A stretch of DNA of 64,000 nt, from NCBI GenBank assembly GCA_963709345.1, contig CAVPVX010000002.1:32001-96000 (forward strand), written 5' to 3'. Shown one piece after another: positions 1 to 10,072 of this stretch. Both the position numbers and the translations under genes were made by a program. Position 1 is the stretch's first letter; each line of letters opens with the position of its first letter. A model generated the notes under the pieces. It was not told the origin of the DNA, did not search any database, and saw nothing but the letters and a program-made list of their open reading frames with translations. The stretch is from an uncultured Actinomycetes bacterium (GTDB lineage: Bacteria; Actinomycetota; Thermoleophilia; UBA2241).

Positions 1-58
1 CGGCGCCGCCGACCTCGGGGATGAGCAGCGGCGGATGGGGACAGATGCAACCTTGCAT
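1..58 (-). CDS. N-terminus (runs off window) of a LigB/MEMO1-like, AmmeMemoRadiSam-associated protein
   Basis: Read manually: GGAGG SD then ATG at 58, MQGCICPHPPLLIPEVGGA. PHPPxxIPEVG is typical of class III extradiol dioxygenase-like/AmmeMemoRadiSam proteins. Confidence 0.6.
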   Translation of the reverse strand, partial: MQGCICPHPPLLIPEVGGA

Positions 59-80
59 ACCAGCACCTCCTGGTCTCGGC

Positions 81-1403
81 TCAGAGCCTGCCGCGCAGCG
101 TGGTGGAGGTCGCTCCGGTGATCTCCACCTCCACTATAGCACCGGACCCGACGGCCCTCGGGAGATTCACCGTCACGTTCTGGCGGGTTCGGCCGCGCAC
201 GGATTCACCGTCACGGCTCGGTCCCTCGACGAGGACCTCCGCCGTCCGTCCGATCCAGGCGCGCCGCGACTCCAGGGCGAGCTCCTGCGTGAGCTCCACG
301 AGCCGCTCGACGCGCTCGCGCCGGACCTCCGGCGGCACCTGGTCAGGGAGTCCGGCGGCGGCGGTGCCGCTCCGCGGCGAGTACACGAACGTGAACGCCG
401 CGTCGAACGCCGCCGCCTTGACGAGGCCGATCGTCGCCGCGAAGTCGGCCTCGGTCTCGCCGGGGAAGCCCGCGATCAGGTCGGTCGTGATGCTCACGTC
501 CCGGACCGCCGCGCGAAGCGCGGCCACACGCTCCAGATACTCCGCCGCCGTGTACCCGCGCCCCATGGCCGCGAGCACCCTGTCGGAGCCGGCCTGCGCC
601 GGCAGGTGCACGTGCTCGCACACGCTGGGCAGTTCCGCCACCGCCTCCACCAGCGAGTCGCCGAGGTCCTTGGGGTGCGACGTCATGAAGCGCACGCGAT
701 CCAGGCCCTCGACCTCGTCGAGCCGCCTGAGGAGAGCCGGGAAGTCCGCCGCGCCGCCCTCGCCGAAGCGCCGCAGGTCGAGACCGTACGCGTTGACGTT
801 CTGACCGAGAAGCGTCACCTCGCGCACGCCGTCGGCCACCAGCGCCTCCACCTCGTCGACGACGTCGCCGGCGGGGCGGCTGCGCTCCGGTCCGCGGACG
901 AACGGCACGATGCAGTACGTGCAGAAGTTGGTGCAGCCGCTCATGACCTGCACCCAAGCCTGGAAGGGCCGTTCTCGCCGCCCGGGCAGCCGGCCGCTGA
1001 GGTCCGGCCCGTCCTCGAAGTACCCGGGGTGCGAGATCCCCCCCGCCTCGGCGACGGTCGCGAGCAGCTCGGGCAGGCGGTGCAGGTTCTGTGGGCCGAG
1101 GGCGCCGTCGACGAAAGGGAAGCGCGCGAAGAGCCCGGCCTGCTCCGCCTGCGGCAGGCAGCCCGTGACCACCACGACCCGTCCCGGCCGCTCGCGCTTG
1201 AGCCGCGCGGCCGTGCCGAGGTGCCCGGCAAGACGGTCGTCGGCGCTCTTGCGCACCGTGCACGTGTTGTAGACGAGCAGGTCGGCGTCTTCCGGCCGGT
1301 CCGCGCGTTCCAGGCCCTCCGCCTCGAGCAGCGCGCAGATGCGCTCCGCGTCATGAGCGTTCATCTGGCAGCCGAACGAGCGCAGATAATAGGAATCATC
1401 CAT
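81..1403 (-). CDS. miaB: tRNA-2-methylthio-N6-dimethylallyladenosine synthase MiaB
   Basis: SFGCQMN, NTCTVR, radical SAM CTNFCTYC, TRAM C-terminus; start trimmed to ATG 1403. Confidence 0.95.
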   Translation of the reverse strand: MDDSYYLRSFGCQMNAHDAERICALLEAEGLERADRPEDADLLVYNTCTVRKSADDRLAGHLGTAARLKRERPGRVVVVTGCLPQAEQAGLFARFPFVDGALGPQNLHRLPELLATVAEAGGISHPGYFEDGPDLSGRLPGRRERPFQAWVQVMSGCTNFCTYCIVPFVRGPERSRPAGDVVDEVEALVADGVREVTLLGQNVNAYGLDLRRFGEGGAADFPALLRRLDEVEGLDRVRFMTSHPKDLGDSLVEAVAELPSVCEHVHLPAQAGSDRVLAAMGRGYTAAEYLERVAALRAAVRDVSITTDLIAGFPGETEADFAATIGLVKAAAFDAAFTFVYSPRSGTAAAGLPDQVPPEVRRERVERLVELTQELALESRRAWIGRTAEVLVEGPSRDGESVRGRTRQNVTVNLPRAVGSGAIVEVEITGATSTTLRGRL

Positions 1404-1449
1404 GGTCACAGCGGCTCCCGGCGCGCGCAGCCGCCCGCCCCGCACCAGC

Positions 1450-2982
1450 CTACTTGGCGATGTCCACGGCGCGGCTCTCCCGGATGACCGTCACGCGGAT
1501 CTGCCCCGGGTAGTCGAGCTGGCCCTCGATGTCCCGGGCGATCTCGTGCGCCAGCAGGGTCGTCGCGTCGTCGTCGATCTCGCCGGGCCTGACCATCACG
1601 CGCACCTCGCGGCCGGCCTGCATGGCGTAGCACTTCTCGACGCCCTTCTTGCTCTCCGCGATGTGCTCGAGTGACTCCAGGCGCTTGATGTAGTTCTCCA
1701 GCGACTCGCGACGGGCTCCCGGGCGGGCGGCGCTGATCGCGTCGGCCGCCTGCACGAGCACCGCTTCGATCGTCTGCGCCTCGACGTCCTGGTGGTGCGC
1801 CTGGATCGCGTGGCACACGCTCTGTGACTCGCGGAACTTCTTGCAGAGTTGCTGCGAGATCTCGGCGTGGGATCCGTCGACCTCGTGGTCCACGGCTTTG
1901 CCGATGTCGTGGAGGAGGCCGGCGCGCTTGGCGATCTTGACGTTGGCGCCGAGCTCGGCCGCCATCATGCCGGCCAGGTGAGCGACCTCGATCGAGTGGT
2001 TCAGCACGTTCTGACCATAGCTCGTACGGTACTTGAGGCGCCCGAGGACTTTGACCAGCTCGGGCGCCACCCCGTGCACGTTGGTGTCGAAACAGGCCTG
2101 CTCCCCGGCCTCTTCCATGGCGGCCTCGACCTCGGCCTTCGCCGCCGTGAAGGTCTCCTCGATGCGCGCCGGGTGGATGCGGCCATCGGTGATGAGCTTG
2201 GTGAGGGTCAGACGAGCCGTCTCGCGACGCACGCCGTCGAACCCGGAGAGCACGACGGCCTCCGGTGTGTCGTCGATGATGAAGTCGATGCCGGTGATGT
2301 TCTCGAGCGTGCGGATGTTGCGGCCCTCACGGCCGATGATGCGGCCCTTCATGTCGTCTGACGGCAGGTTGACCACCGAGACGGTGGTCTCGGCGACATG
2401 GTTCGCGGCTGTGCGCTGGATGCTCAGCGAGAGGATGTTGCGGGCGCGGCGGTCGGCCTCACGCCTCGCCTCTTCCTCGATCTGGCGGACGAGCCGGGCC
2501 ATCTCGTGACGCGCCTCGTCCTCCGTCTGCTTCAGCAGCATCTCCTTGGCCTGTGCCGCGCTCAGCCCGGAGATGCGCTCGAGCTGGATCATCGCCTCGT
2601 CGTGCGTGTTCTGCAGCTCGTCGTTCATCTTCTGGCTGTGAGCATCGCGGTCGCGGATCGACTGCTCGCGACGGTCCTGCTCGGCGGCGCGAGCGTCGAT
2701 CGCCTGTTCGCGCTGCAGCATGCGCTGCTCCGCTCTGCCCAGCTCTTCCCGTCGGTCGCGCAGCTCGGCCTCGACTTCGCCACGGACGCGGTGCACCTCT
2801 TCCTTGGCCTCGAGGCGCGCCTCCTTGACGAGGGTGTCCGCCTCGCGCCTGGCGTCCTTGAGGACCTTCTCGGCCTCGCGCTCGGCGCCGGCCAGCTTGC
2901 CCGAGGCGAGATTGCGCCGGATCAGGTACCCCGCCATGACACCGACGGCCAACCCGATAACGATATACACGGCAGTCATCAT
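1450..2982 (-). CDS. rny: Ribonuclease Y
   Basis: N-terminal TM helix, coiled coil, KH ([13 protein letters not shown]), HD (LLHDIGK). Confidence 0.97.
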   Translation of the reverse strand: MMTAVYIVIGLAVGVMAGYLIRRNLASGKLAGAEREAEKVLKDARREADTLVKEARLEAKEEVHRVRGEVEAELRDRREELGRAEQRMLQREQAIDARAAEQDRREQSIRDRDAHSQKMNDELQNTHDEAMIQLERISGLSAAQAKEMLLKQTEDEARHEMARLVRQIEEEARREADRRARNILSLSIQRTAANHVAETTVSVVNLPSDDMKGRIIGREGRNIRTLENITGIDFIIDDTPEAVVLSGFDGVRRETARLTLTKLITDGRIHPARIEETFTAAKAEVEAAMEEAGEQACFDTNVHGVAPELVKVLGRLKYRTSYGQNVLNHSIEVAHLAGMMAAELGANVKIAKRAGLLHDIGKAVDHEVDGSHAEISQQLCKKFRESQSVCHAIQAHHQDVEAQTIEAVLVQAADAISAARPGARRESLENYIKRLESLEHIAESKKGVEKCYAMQAGREVRVMVRPGEIDDDATTLLAHEIARDIEGQLDYPGQIRVTVIRESRAVDIAK

Positions 2983-3016
2983 GTTCGTCCTATCCCTTCA
3001 CAGGTCACGCGGCACG

Positions 3017-3043
3017 AAAAAGGCCGGGCAACGCGCCCGGCCT
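3017..3043 (-). terminator. Intrinsic terminator after the 6S-like RNA
   Basis: Minus strand AGGCCGGGC-GCGTT-GCCCGGCCT followed by TTTT. Confidence 0.8.
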
Positions 3044-3230
3044 GTGCCACGCTCGCACCTGCATGCTCTACCAGTCTGAACCTATGACGACGCCCAGGGG
3101 TCAGGACTACTCGGAATGCTGGGAACCTCCCAATTCTTCCACGATTAACCCCTGGTCCGATCTGGTTCAGCCAATCGGCGCCGCAGCGCCGTCTGTATCG
3201 CTATACAAGAGCGAGAGTGGAATACACAAA
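3044..3230 (-). ncRNA. ssrS: Putative 6S RNA
   Basis: About 185-nt rod with a central bubble: closing stem CCACTCTCGC/GCGAGCGTGG, CTGAACC/GGTTCAG, CCAGGGG/CCCCTGG, apical TGGGA/TCCCA. Upstream TACTAT -10 (3256-3261), downstream terminator, position upstream of rny. Confidence 0.75.
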
Positions 3231-3273
3231 GCACGCGCACACGTCGCGCGCCTCGATAGTACGCGATGGCGGC

Positions 3274-3921
3274 TCACATAGTCAATTCGCCGTCGGGCGG
3301 CGCGGACCCGGACCACCGGCGCACGGCGGCGTAGGCGACCGCACCCGTGAACCCCCGCCGCAGAAGCGCCTGGTACGCCTTTCGCCGGGCGGCATCCAGC
3401 GGCGGAGCCGGCGCGCCGCGCCGGCGAAGGACGGCCAGGGCGCGCTCGAGTTCCTCCCCCCGGCCCTCCCCCGACTCGTCGAGCTGGGCGTCGATCACCT
3501 CCGGCGCGACGCCCAACTCCGCCAGGCCACGACGAATGCGCCCGCTGCCCCAGCCTGAAAGCCCGCGCTTGTCGGCGACGTACCGGCGGGCGAACTCCGC
3601 GTCGTCGAGCAGACCGGCGTCGGCGAGCGTGTCGAGCGCCGACGCCACCGCCGTCTGCTCGTGCCCCTTCTCGACCAGCCGCCGCCGAAGCTCCGCGCGA
3701 CTGCGGGCACGGTGCCCGAGCAGCCGGTACGCATCTGACACGACCCGCTCGGTCGAAGCAGCCGTGCGCAGCTGGAGCAGCGCCTCGTCATCCAGCTCAC
3801 GGCCCTTGAAGAGCCGCCAGCGGGCGACCATCGACTCTCCGATGGTGCACACGTACTCTCCGTCCACGTGCAGCGCCACTCCCCCGCGGCGGGTGGCACG
3901 GAGCGCGGTGACGACGGGCAC
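3274..3921 (-). CDS. recX: Regulatory protein RecX
   Basis: Follows recA; RSRAELRRRL, LLDDAEFA, ALLRRGF motifs. Confidence 0.9.
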   Translation of the reverse strand: MPVVTALRATRRGGVALHVDGEYVCTIGESMVARWRLFKGRELDDEALLQLRTAASTERVVSDAYRLLGHRARSRAELRRRLVEKGHEQTAVASALDTLADAGLLDDAEFARRYVADKRGLSGWGSGRIRRGLAELGVAPEVIDAQLDESGEGRGEELERALAVLRRRGAPAPPLDAARRKAYQALLRRGFTGAVAYAAVRRWSGSAPPDGELTM

Positions 3922-3923
3922 GA

Positions 3924-5012
3924 CTACGCCTTGAGAACCTCGCCGGTCACCGGGTCGACGCCGGCGGGCACGGCGGGCTTCGCCGCCTTCGCAGCCGGCT
4001 TCGTGGCCTCGGCGCCTCCGGGCGCGACGGGCAGGCCCGCCTTCTCCCGGATCTGCGCCTCGATGGCGTCGGCCATGTCCGGGTTCTCCTTGAGGAACGC
4101 CTTGGCGTTGGCGCGCCCCTGGCCGAGCCGCTCGTCGTTGTAGCTGAAGAAGGCGCCGCTCTTGGCGACCACATCGTGGACGACGCCGAGGTCGAGCAGC
4201 GTGCCCTCTCGAGAGATGCCCTCGCCGTACATGATGTCGAACTCGGCCATCTTGAACGGCGGCGCGACCTTGTTCTTGACCACCTTGACGCGGCAGCGGT
4301 TGCCGACGGCCTCGGTGCCGTCTTTGAGAGTCTCGATGCGGCGGATGTCGAGGCGGATGGTGGCGTAGAACTTGAGCGCCTTGCCGCCGGTGGTGACCTC
4401 GGGGTTGCCGAACATCACGCCGATCTTCTCGCGCAGTTGGTTGGTGAAGCAGCAGATCGTGCCCGACCGGTTCAGCGTACCGGCGAGCTTGCGCAGCGCC
4501 TGGCTCATGAGCCGCGCCTGGAGGCCGACGAAGCTGTCGCCCATCTCACCCTCGATCTCGGCCTTGGGTGTGAGCGCCGCGACGGAGTCGATGGCGACGA
4601 TGTCGAGGGCGCCGCTCCGCACCAGCATCTCGGCGATCTCCAGAGCCTGCTCGCCGTAGTCGGGCTGCGAGACCAGCAGGTTGTCGACGTCGACGCCGAT
4701 GGCCTTGGCGTAGATGGGATCCATGGCGTGCTCGGCGTCGATGAACGCCGCCTGGCCGCCGAGCCTCTGTGCCTGGGCGATCAGGTGGTACACCATGGTG
4801 GTCTTGCCCGACGACTCCGGGCCGAAGATCTCGACGATGCGGCCGCGCGGGATGCCGCCGACGCCGAGCGCGATGTCGAGAGCGAGCGAGCCGGTCGGCA
4901 CGAACTGCATGTCGTCGCTGACCGGGTGGTCGCCGAGGCGCATCACACTGCCCTTGCCGAACTGACGCTCTATCTGTGTGACGGCCGCCTCGAGGGCTTT
5001 GTCCTTGTCCAA
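3924..5012 (-). CDS. recA: Recombinase RecA
   Basis: [21 protein letters not shown]; TTG start with SD. Confidence 0.99.
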   Translation of the reverse strand: MDKDKALEAAVTQIERQFGKGSVMRLGDHPVSDDMQFVPTGSLALDIALGVGGIPRGRIVEIFGPESSGKTTMVYHLIAQAQRLGGQAAFIDAEHAMDPIYAKAIGVDVDNLLVSQPDYGEQALEIAEMLVRSGALDIVAIDSVAALTPKAEIEGEMGDSFVGLQARLMSQALRKLAGTLNRSGTICCFTNQLREKIGVMFGNPEVTTGGKALKFYATIRLDIRRIETLKDGTEAVGNRCRVKVVKNKVAPPFKMAEFDIMYGEGISREGTLLDLGVVHDVVAKSGAFFSYNDERLGQGRANAKAFLKENPDMADAIEAQIREKAGLPVAPGGAEATKPAAKAAKPAVPAGVDPVTGEVLKA

Positions 5013-5031
5013 GGTAGCGCTCCTCTCTTGC

Positions 5032-5583
5032 TCAGGACGCGGGAAAGACTGCTACGGGAACGTGCACGGCGCCGGCCCGCTCCAGGTGGCTACTATACAA
5101 GACCATCCGGACGACACCAAACTCCGGAATGGTTACGTTTTGCAGGGAAAACGGGTGACCGGGGCGGCGGAATCGGGCCACCGTCACGTGAGGCAGCCAC
5201 GGGCGTTTCTCGGGCGTGTGGAGCGACGCCGCCTCCAGGGCCGAGACCGCCTCCGACTGCACGGCGCGCAGGCCGCCGTCCTCGTCCTCCAGCTCCAGCG
5301 CCACGACACGGCGGCGCCCGTGCCCGGGCAGGAAGACCGGCCCCTTCACGGCGGCGCGGGCTCCGTTCCAGCGGACGCCGCCGAGCGCGTGCTCGACCTC
5401 AGGGACGCGCGCTTCCGGCACCTCGCCGAGAAAGACGAGCGTCAGGTGCAGGGACCGCACCGTGCGCAGTTCCCGACGTGGCGCGAGCTCCGAGCGCTGC
5501 CAGGCTACCACGGCGTCCTCGACAGGCCCGGGGAGGTCGCAGGCGACGAAGAGGCGCTGCCGCGCGCCCTCGCCGCCCGTCAC
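5032..5583 (-). CDS. thpR: RNA 2',3'-cyclic phosphodiesterase (2'-5' RNA ligase family)
   Basis: Two HxT motifs (LHLTL, PHVTV); GTGA overlap with the cinA stop. Confidence 0.9.
   Translation of the reverse strand: MTGGEGARQRLFVACDLPGPVEDAVVAWQRSELAPRRELRTVRSLHLTLVFLGEVPEARVPEVEHALGGVRWNGARAAVKGPVFLPGHGRRRVVALELEDEDGGLRAVQSEAVSALEAASLHTPEKRPWLPHVTVARFRRPGHPFSLQNVTIPEFGVVRMVLYSSHLERAGAVHVPVAVFPAS
5092..5120 (-). promoter_or_regulatory. Candidate recA promoter inside the thpR 3' end
   Basis: TTGGTG-17nt-TATAGT in a locally AT-rich stretch. Confidence 0.5.
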
Positions 5584-6830
5584 CGGGAGAGGGAGCGGCG
5601 CAGCAGGTGCAGCGCGGCCGACACGCTGTACCGGCGCACGCTGTCGCGGTCGCCGGGGAAGGAGCCCTGATGCACCCGCGTACCCTCCGCGGTCGCGCAC
5701 CCGGCGTAGACGAGCCCCACCGGCTTCTCCGGCGTGCCGCCGCCCGGCCCGGCGACCCCGGTCAGCGAAAGCCCGACGTCAGCGCCCACCGCCCGACGGA
5801 CCCCCTCGGCCATGGCCGCGGCGACCTGCCGCGAGACGGCGCCGTGCTGCGTCAGCTCCTCGAACGGGACCCCCAGGCGCTCGACCTTGACGCTGTCCGC
5901 GTAGCTGATCACGCCGCCGAGGAAGTACTCGGAGCTCCCGGGACGGTCGGTGAGCCGGGCGCCCAGCAAGCCGCCGGTGCATGACTCGGCGACGGCGACC
6001 GTGCGCCCCGCCGCGAGCAGTCCCTCGGCCACGATGTCGTCGACCGTGCGCCCGTCGTCGCTGAACACGGGCGCGCCGGCACAGAGAGCCGCCACGACGG
6101 CCTCTTCCTGGGCAGCTGCCGCTGCCGTGGCCGCCGACCGCAGGCGCACGGTCACCTCTCCCCCGCCGACGTTGATCCCAAGCTCCAGCAGATCTCGCTC
6201 AAGGCCTTCGAGCAGCGGCGCGACCTGCAGCTCACCGACCCCGTAGATGCGCAGGATCCGCAGGCGGACCGCGGGGAAGAAGCCGGCACCCTCAAGCCCC
6301 TCCGCGATCGCCCGCCACATGCCGCGGAACTCGAAGGGCACGCCCGGCAGCGCGTAGATGCGCGTGCCGCCGGAGCGAGCCTCGATGCCCGGCGCGACAC
6401 CGGCCGGAGGGATCGCCATGCTGCCGGCCGGCAGCATGGCCTGCCGGCGCGCGAGCGCGAACAGCGCATCGAAGTCCGCGCCCCGCCGCTCCGCGACGGC
6501 GCGCACCCGCTCCTCGAGCATCGTCAACGCTTCCCGGTGCTCCAGGAGTGGCACGTCGAGCACTTCCGCGAGGCACTCGGCCGTAAGGTCGTCGTGGGTC
6601 GTCCCAAGGCCGCCGCCCACGACCAGGACGTCCGGATCCGAGGACAGCGCGTGGCGCAGGGCGGCGGTCAGCCGTTCCCGGTCGTCGGCCACCGTGATGA
6701 CCTCCGTCACCTTCGCCCCGCGTCTGCTGAGGTCGTCGGCCACGAACGCACCGTTGAGATCCTGCGTGCGCCCGTCGAGGAGCTCGTTGCCGCTCAGGAC
6801 GGCAACGGCGCGTGGCGCGCCCGACAACAT
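5580..6830 (-). CDS. cinA: CinA family protein (MoCF domain + NMN deamidase)
   Basis: GNELLDG, GGLGTTHDDLT, AESCTGG, SLTGVAGPGG; start ATG 6830. Confidence 0.93.
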   Translation of the reverse strand: MLSGAPRAVAVLSGNELLDGRTQDLNGAFVADDLSRRGAKVTEVITVADDRERLTAALRHALSSDPDVLVVGGGLGTTHDDLTAECLAEVLDVPLLEHREALTMLEERVRAVAERRGADFDALFALARRQAMLPAGSMAIPPAGVAPGIEARSGGTRIYALPGVPFEFRGMWRAIAEGLEGAGFFPAVRLRILRIYGVGELQVAPLLEGLERDLLELGINVGGGEVTVRLRSAATAAAAAQEEAVVAALCAGAPVFSDDGRTVDDIVAEGLLAAGRTVAVAESCTGGLLGARLTDRPGSSEYFLGGVISYADSVKVERLGVPFEELTQHGAVSRQVAAAMAEGVRRAVGADVGLSLTGVAGPGGGTPEKPVGLVYAGCATAEGTRVHQGSFPGDRDSVRRYSVSAALHLLRRSLSR

Positions 6831-7420
6831 CAGCCCGTGCTCCCCGGCAGGCGGATCACGCCACGTGCGTTCACGAAGTAGCGCACGCCGCTGGCGAGCG
6901 TGACCACGACCACGACGACCGCGAGCGCCCACTGGATGACGACGGCGACGTCGGTGGACACGTGGATGAGCTCGGCGATGTCGGCCGTCGGCACGAGCAC
7001 GTACACCACGTACACGATCTGCAGCACGGTCTTGAGCTTGCCGTACTTGTCGGCGGGGATGGACACGCCCTGCGAGGCCCCCACGATGCGCAGAACGCTC
7101 ACGGCGATCTCGCGGCCGATGATGACCATCGCGACCCAGGCGGCGACCCTGTCCTGGCTCACCAGGGCGATCAGCGCCGCCGCGATGAGCAACTTGTCGG
7201 CCAGCGGGTCGAGGAACTGGCCGAGCGTCGTGATCTGTTTGCTGCGTCGCGCCACGTAGCCGTCGAGCTTGTCGGTGGCCGCCGCGATGATGAAGACGGC
7301 GGCGGCGAGGATGTCCCCGTACGGCTCCGGGATCCCCGCGAGAAGGACGAGCAGGAACACGGGGATGAGCAGGATCCGGCTGATGGTGATGGCATTGGCG
7401 AGGTTCAGCTGGCTGCTCAC
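6830..7420 (-). CDS. pgsA: CDP-diacylglycerol--glycerol-3-phosphate 3-phosphatidyltransferase
   Basis: DKLDGYVAR..G..LDPLADK motif. Confidence 0.95.
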   Translation of the reverse strand: MSSQLNLANAITISRILLIPVFLLVLLAGIPEPYGDILAAAVFIIAAATDKLDGYVARRSKQITTLGQFLDPLADKLLIAAALIALVSQDRVAAWVAMVIIGREIAVSVLRIVGASQGVSIPADKYGKLKTVLQIVYVVYVLVPTADIAELIHVSTDVAVVIQWALAVVVVVVTLASGVRYFVNARGVIRLPGSTG

Positions 7421-8715
7421 GATCCCCCTGTCCCGGCGACGGCCTCCACATCATACCCGAGGGCGTCGGTCACGAGAGCCCGGATCAGACTCCCCCGCCG
7501 GGCGCGCAGGCCGCGCACGAAGGTCCGCCCGTCGACGTCCGGCGCCTGGTACGCGCAGCGGCCGGTGACGACCCCGTCAGAGCGCGACGCCCCGCGCTCG
7601 ACGAGGACCTCGACCTCGCTCCCGACGAGGTCCTCCCAGAACCGACGGGCCTCCAGGTCGATGGTCTCACCGAGCAGCGCGGCGCGCTCGAGCGCTACCG
7701 CCCGTGGCACCAGACCGGCCATCCCCGCGGCCTCGGTGCCCTCCTGCTCGTCGTAGATGAAGACGCCCGCCACCGCGAGGCGCGCGTCGCGCACGAACTC
7801 CAGCAACTCACCGAACTCGCCGTCGGTCTCTCCGGGGAAGCCGACGATGAAGGTGGATCGGACCGCCGCGCCGGGCAGCACCGCGCGCACGCGGTCCAGC
7901 AGACCGAGGTGCGCGGCCCCGTCGCCCCCGCGGCGCATACGCCGCAGCACGGCGCCGGACGCGTGCTGCAGCGGCACGTCGACGTAGGGTACGGCGTGAG
8001 CGGCCAGGGCGTCGAGGAGCCGCGCGTCGATCCCATCCGGCTGCAGGTACAGGAGGCGCAGCCACGCCGGGGCGGGCGCCAGCGCGGCCAGCTCACCGAG
8101 CAGGCGACTCAGGCCGCCCCACCCCGGCTGGTCCCACCGCGAAGTGTCCTGGCCCACAAGCACCAGCTCCCGTGCTCCGGCATCCAGAGCAGCGGCGGCG
8201 CTACGCAGCACGTCGCCGGCGGGGACGATCTCGTAGTCTCCCTTGATCAGCGGGATGGCGCAGAAGGAACAGCGCCGGTCGCACCCGTCCGAGATCTTGA
8301 CGTACGCGGTGACCGGCCGCGGCGCACGGGACGCGGCCGCTGCGAGACCCTTCGCGCCGACCGTCGCCGCAAGCAGAGCCGGCAGCGCCGACGTATCCAG
8401 GCCGCACCACAGGTCCACCTCGGGGAGTTCACGCTCGAGCTCGTCGCGGTAGCGCTCGACCAGGCAGCCTACGGCCGCGAGGCGCGCTCCGCGCGCGTGC
8501 GCGGCCTCCGCCGCGTCGAGGATGGCCGCGATGGACTCTTCCTTGGCGGCGTCGATGAACCCGCACGTATTCACGATGACGACGTCCGCGGAGTCGGAGG
8601 CCGCCGGGCGGTTGCCGGCGGCCCGAAGCGCGCGCTCGAGGGTATCGGAGTCGGCCTCGTTCTTGGGGCAGCCGAGCGTCTGGATGAAGAACGCAGCGCC
8701 CGTGCCGGGCCTCAG
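7417..8715 (-). CDS. rimO: Ribosomal protein S12 methylthiotransferase RimO (probable CTG start)
   Basis: TLGCPKN..DS (upstream of the ORF-track start), NTCGFI, CDRRCSFC, QAPDVDG; start inferred at the CTGA overlap with the yajQ stop. Confidence 0.88.
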   Translation of the reverse strand: MRPGTGAAFFIQTLGCPKNEADSDTLERALRAAGNRPAASDSADVVIVNTCGFIDAAKEESIAAILDAAEAAHARGARLAAVGCLVERYRDELERELPEVDLWCGLDTSALPALLAATVGAKGLAAAASRAPRPVTAYVKISDGCDRRCSFCAIPLIKGDYEIVPAGDVLRSAAAALDAGARELVLVGQDTSRWDQPGWGGLSRLLGELAALAPAPAWLRLLYLQPDGIDARLLDALAAHAVPYVDVPLQHASGAVLRRMRRGGDGAAHLGLLDRVRAVLPGAAVRSTFIVGFPGETDGEFGELLEFVRDARLAVAGVFIYDEQEGTEAAGMAGLVPRAVALERAALLGETIDLEARRFWEDLVGSEVEVLVERGASRSDGVVTGRCAYQAPDVDGRTFVRGLRARRGSLIRALVTDALGYDVEAVAGTGGS

Positions 8716-9203
8716 CGGTAGTTCACGAATTGCAGCGGGATGCCCCAGTCCTCCTCGCGAAGAGCCGCCATGGCGGCCTGGAGCTCATCCTTGCTCGGTG
8801 AGAAGACGCGCAGGGTGTCCCCCTGGATCTGCACCTTCACCTTCTTGAAGCGCTGGCGCACAAGCTTGTTCATGGCCTTCGCCTTCTCGTCGGGGATGCC
8901 CTGGGCGATCTCCGCGCGCTGCCGCACCGTGCCCCCCAGCGCCTCCTCGATCTTGCCGTACTGCAGAGCCTTCACCGGCACCTTGCGGCGCACGAGCTTC
9001 TCCTCGAGCACTTCCACGACCTGCCGCAGCTTGCCCTCGTTGTCCGAGACCAGCACGAGAGCATCGCCCTCGAGCGTCACGGCGCTGACGCTCTTCTTGA
9101 AGTCGTACCGCGTCGCGATCTCCTTGTGCACCATGTTGACGGCGTTGCGGACTTCGCTCAGGTCCGCCCGGGACACCACGTCGAACGACGATTCCTTGGC
9201 CAT
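8712..9203 (-). CDS. yajQ: YajQ family nucleotide/c-di-GMP-binding protein
   Basis: SFDVVS, RYDFK, IQGDTLRV, LQFVNYR. Confidence 0.93.
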   Translation of the reverse strand: MAKESSFDVVSRADLSEVRNAVNMVHKEIATRYDFKKSVSAVTLEGDALVLVSDNEGKLRQVVEVLEEKLVRRKVPVKALQYGKIEEALGGTVRQRAEIAQGIPDEKAKAMNKLVRQRFKKVKVQIQGDTLRVFSPSKDELQAAMAALREEDWGIPLQFVNYR

Positions 9204-9204
9204 C

Positions 9205-9957
9205 TCAGCCCTGCCTCTCAAGCTTACCGTTCTTCACGATCACGTCGACCGGGTCGACCCCGTCGATCGCCTTGGCCTTCGATCCTTCTATGGTCAGCCG
9301 CACGGCCGACGGGTTGCCCATCCGCAGCCAGAGCACGTCACCCTTGAACGACTTGCGGCCGCCCTTCTTCAGCGTCCCCGAGAACAGCACGACGCCGGTC
9401 TCATCGTCGCGGCGCACCTGGACCCAGCAGTCGCCGTCCACGGCGGCGACGGTAGTGACGTCGCGCAGACCGGGCTTCACCGTCGGCGTGGCCTTGGGGC
9501 TCGGCGAAGGGCTCGGGGAGGCCGACGGGCTCGTGATGCCCAGCGCGTCGGGCTTGGTCGGCGGCTCGGCGTCGTCGCCGGATCCCATGCCGAGGACGTA
9601 GATCACGCCCAGCACGAGGAGGCAGATGACGGCGATGAAGACGATGGTGTTGCGGCTGCGGTGGCTGCGGGGCTTGCCGATCACCGAGGAACCGCCGAAG
9701 GGCTCTTCCCGCGCAGCCGCAGGCTCGACGCCGCGTGAGCGGTACTCGTCGATGATCACGTCCGGGTCGAGGGCGAGGTAGGTAGCGTACGTGCGGAGGA
9801 ACCCCTTGACGTAGGTGCCGCCGGGCATGATCTCCCACTCCTCGTGCTCCATGGCCTGCAGGTACTTGACACGGATCTTCGTGTCTTCCTCGACCTGCTG
9901 GAGCGTGAGACTACGCCGTACCCGAGCCTCCCGCAGCGTATTGCCGATCTCGAACAC
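9205..9957 (-). CDS. rodZ: RodZ-like protein (HTH, TM helix, DUF4115)
   Basis: IGNTLREAR..TKIRVKYLQAME..YVKGFLRTYA, one TM helix, C-terminal beta domain. Confidence 0.85.
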   Translation of the reverse strand: MFEIGNTLREARVRRSLTLQQVEEDTKIRVKYLQAMEHEEWEIMPGGTYVKGFLRTYATYLALDPDVIIDEYRSRGVEPAAAREEPFGGSSVIGKPRSHRSRNTIVFIAVICLLVLGVIYVLGMGSGDDAEPPTKPDALGITSPSASPSPSPSPKATPTVKPGLRDVTTVAAVDGDCWVQVRRDDETGVVLFSGTLKKGGRKSFKGDVLWLRMGNPSAVRLTIEGSKAKAIDGVDPVDVIVKNGKLERQG

Positions 9958-10019
9958 GGTGGCTGTGCTTCTCCTCGCTCGTCTGGACGCCTGGCTTCGC
10001 AGGAATCACCCGAACGTAC

Positions 10020-10048
10020 AGTCTAGTAAGAGGGTGATGCGAAGACAA
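10020..10048 (-). promoter_or_regulatory. sigma-A-like promoter for rodZ and downstream genes
   Basis: TTGTCT-17nt-TAGACT. Confidence 0.6.
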
Positions 10049-10072
10049 ATCCCCGCGCGGTGACCACGAGAC

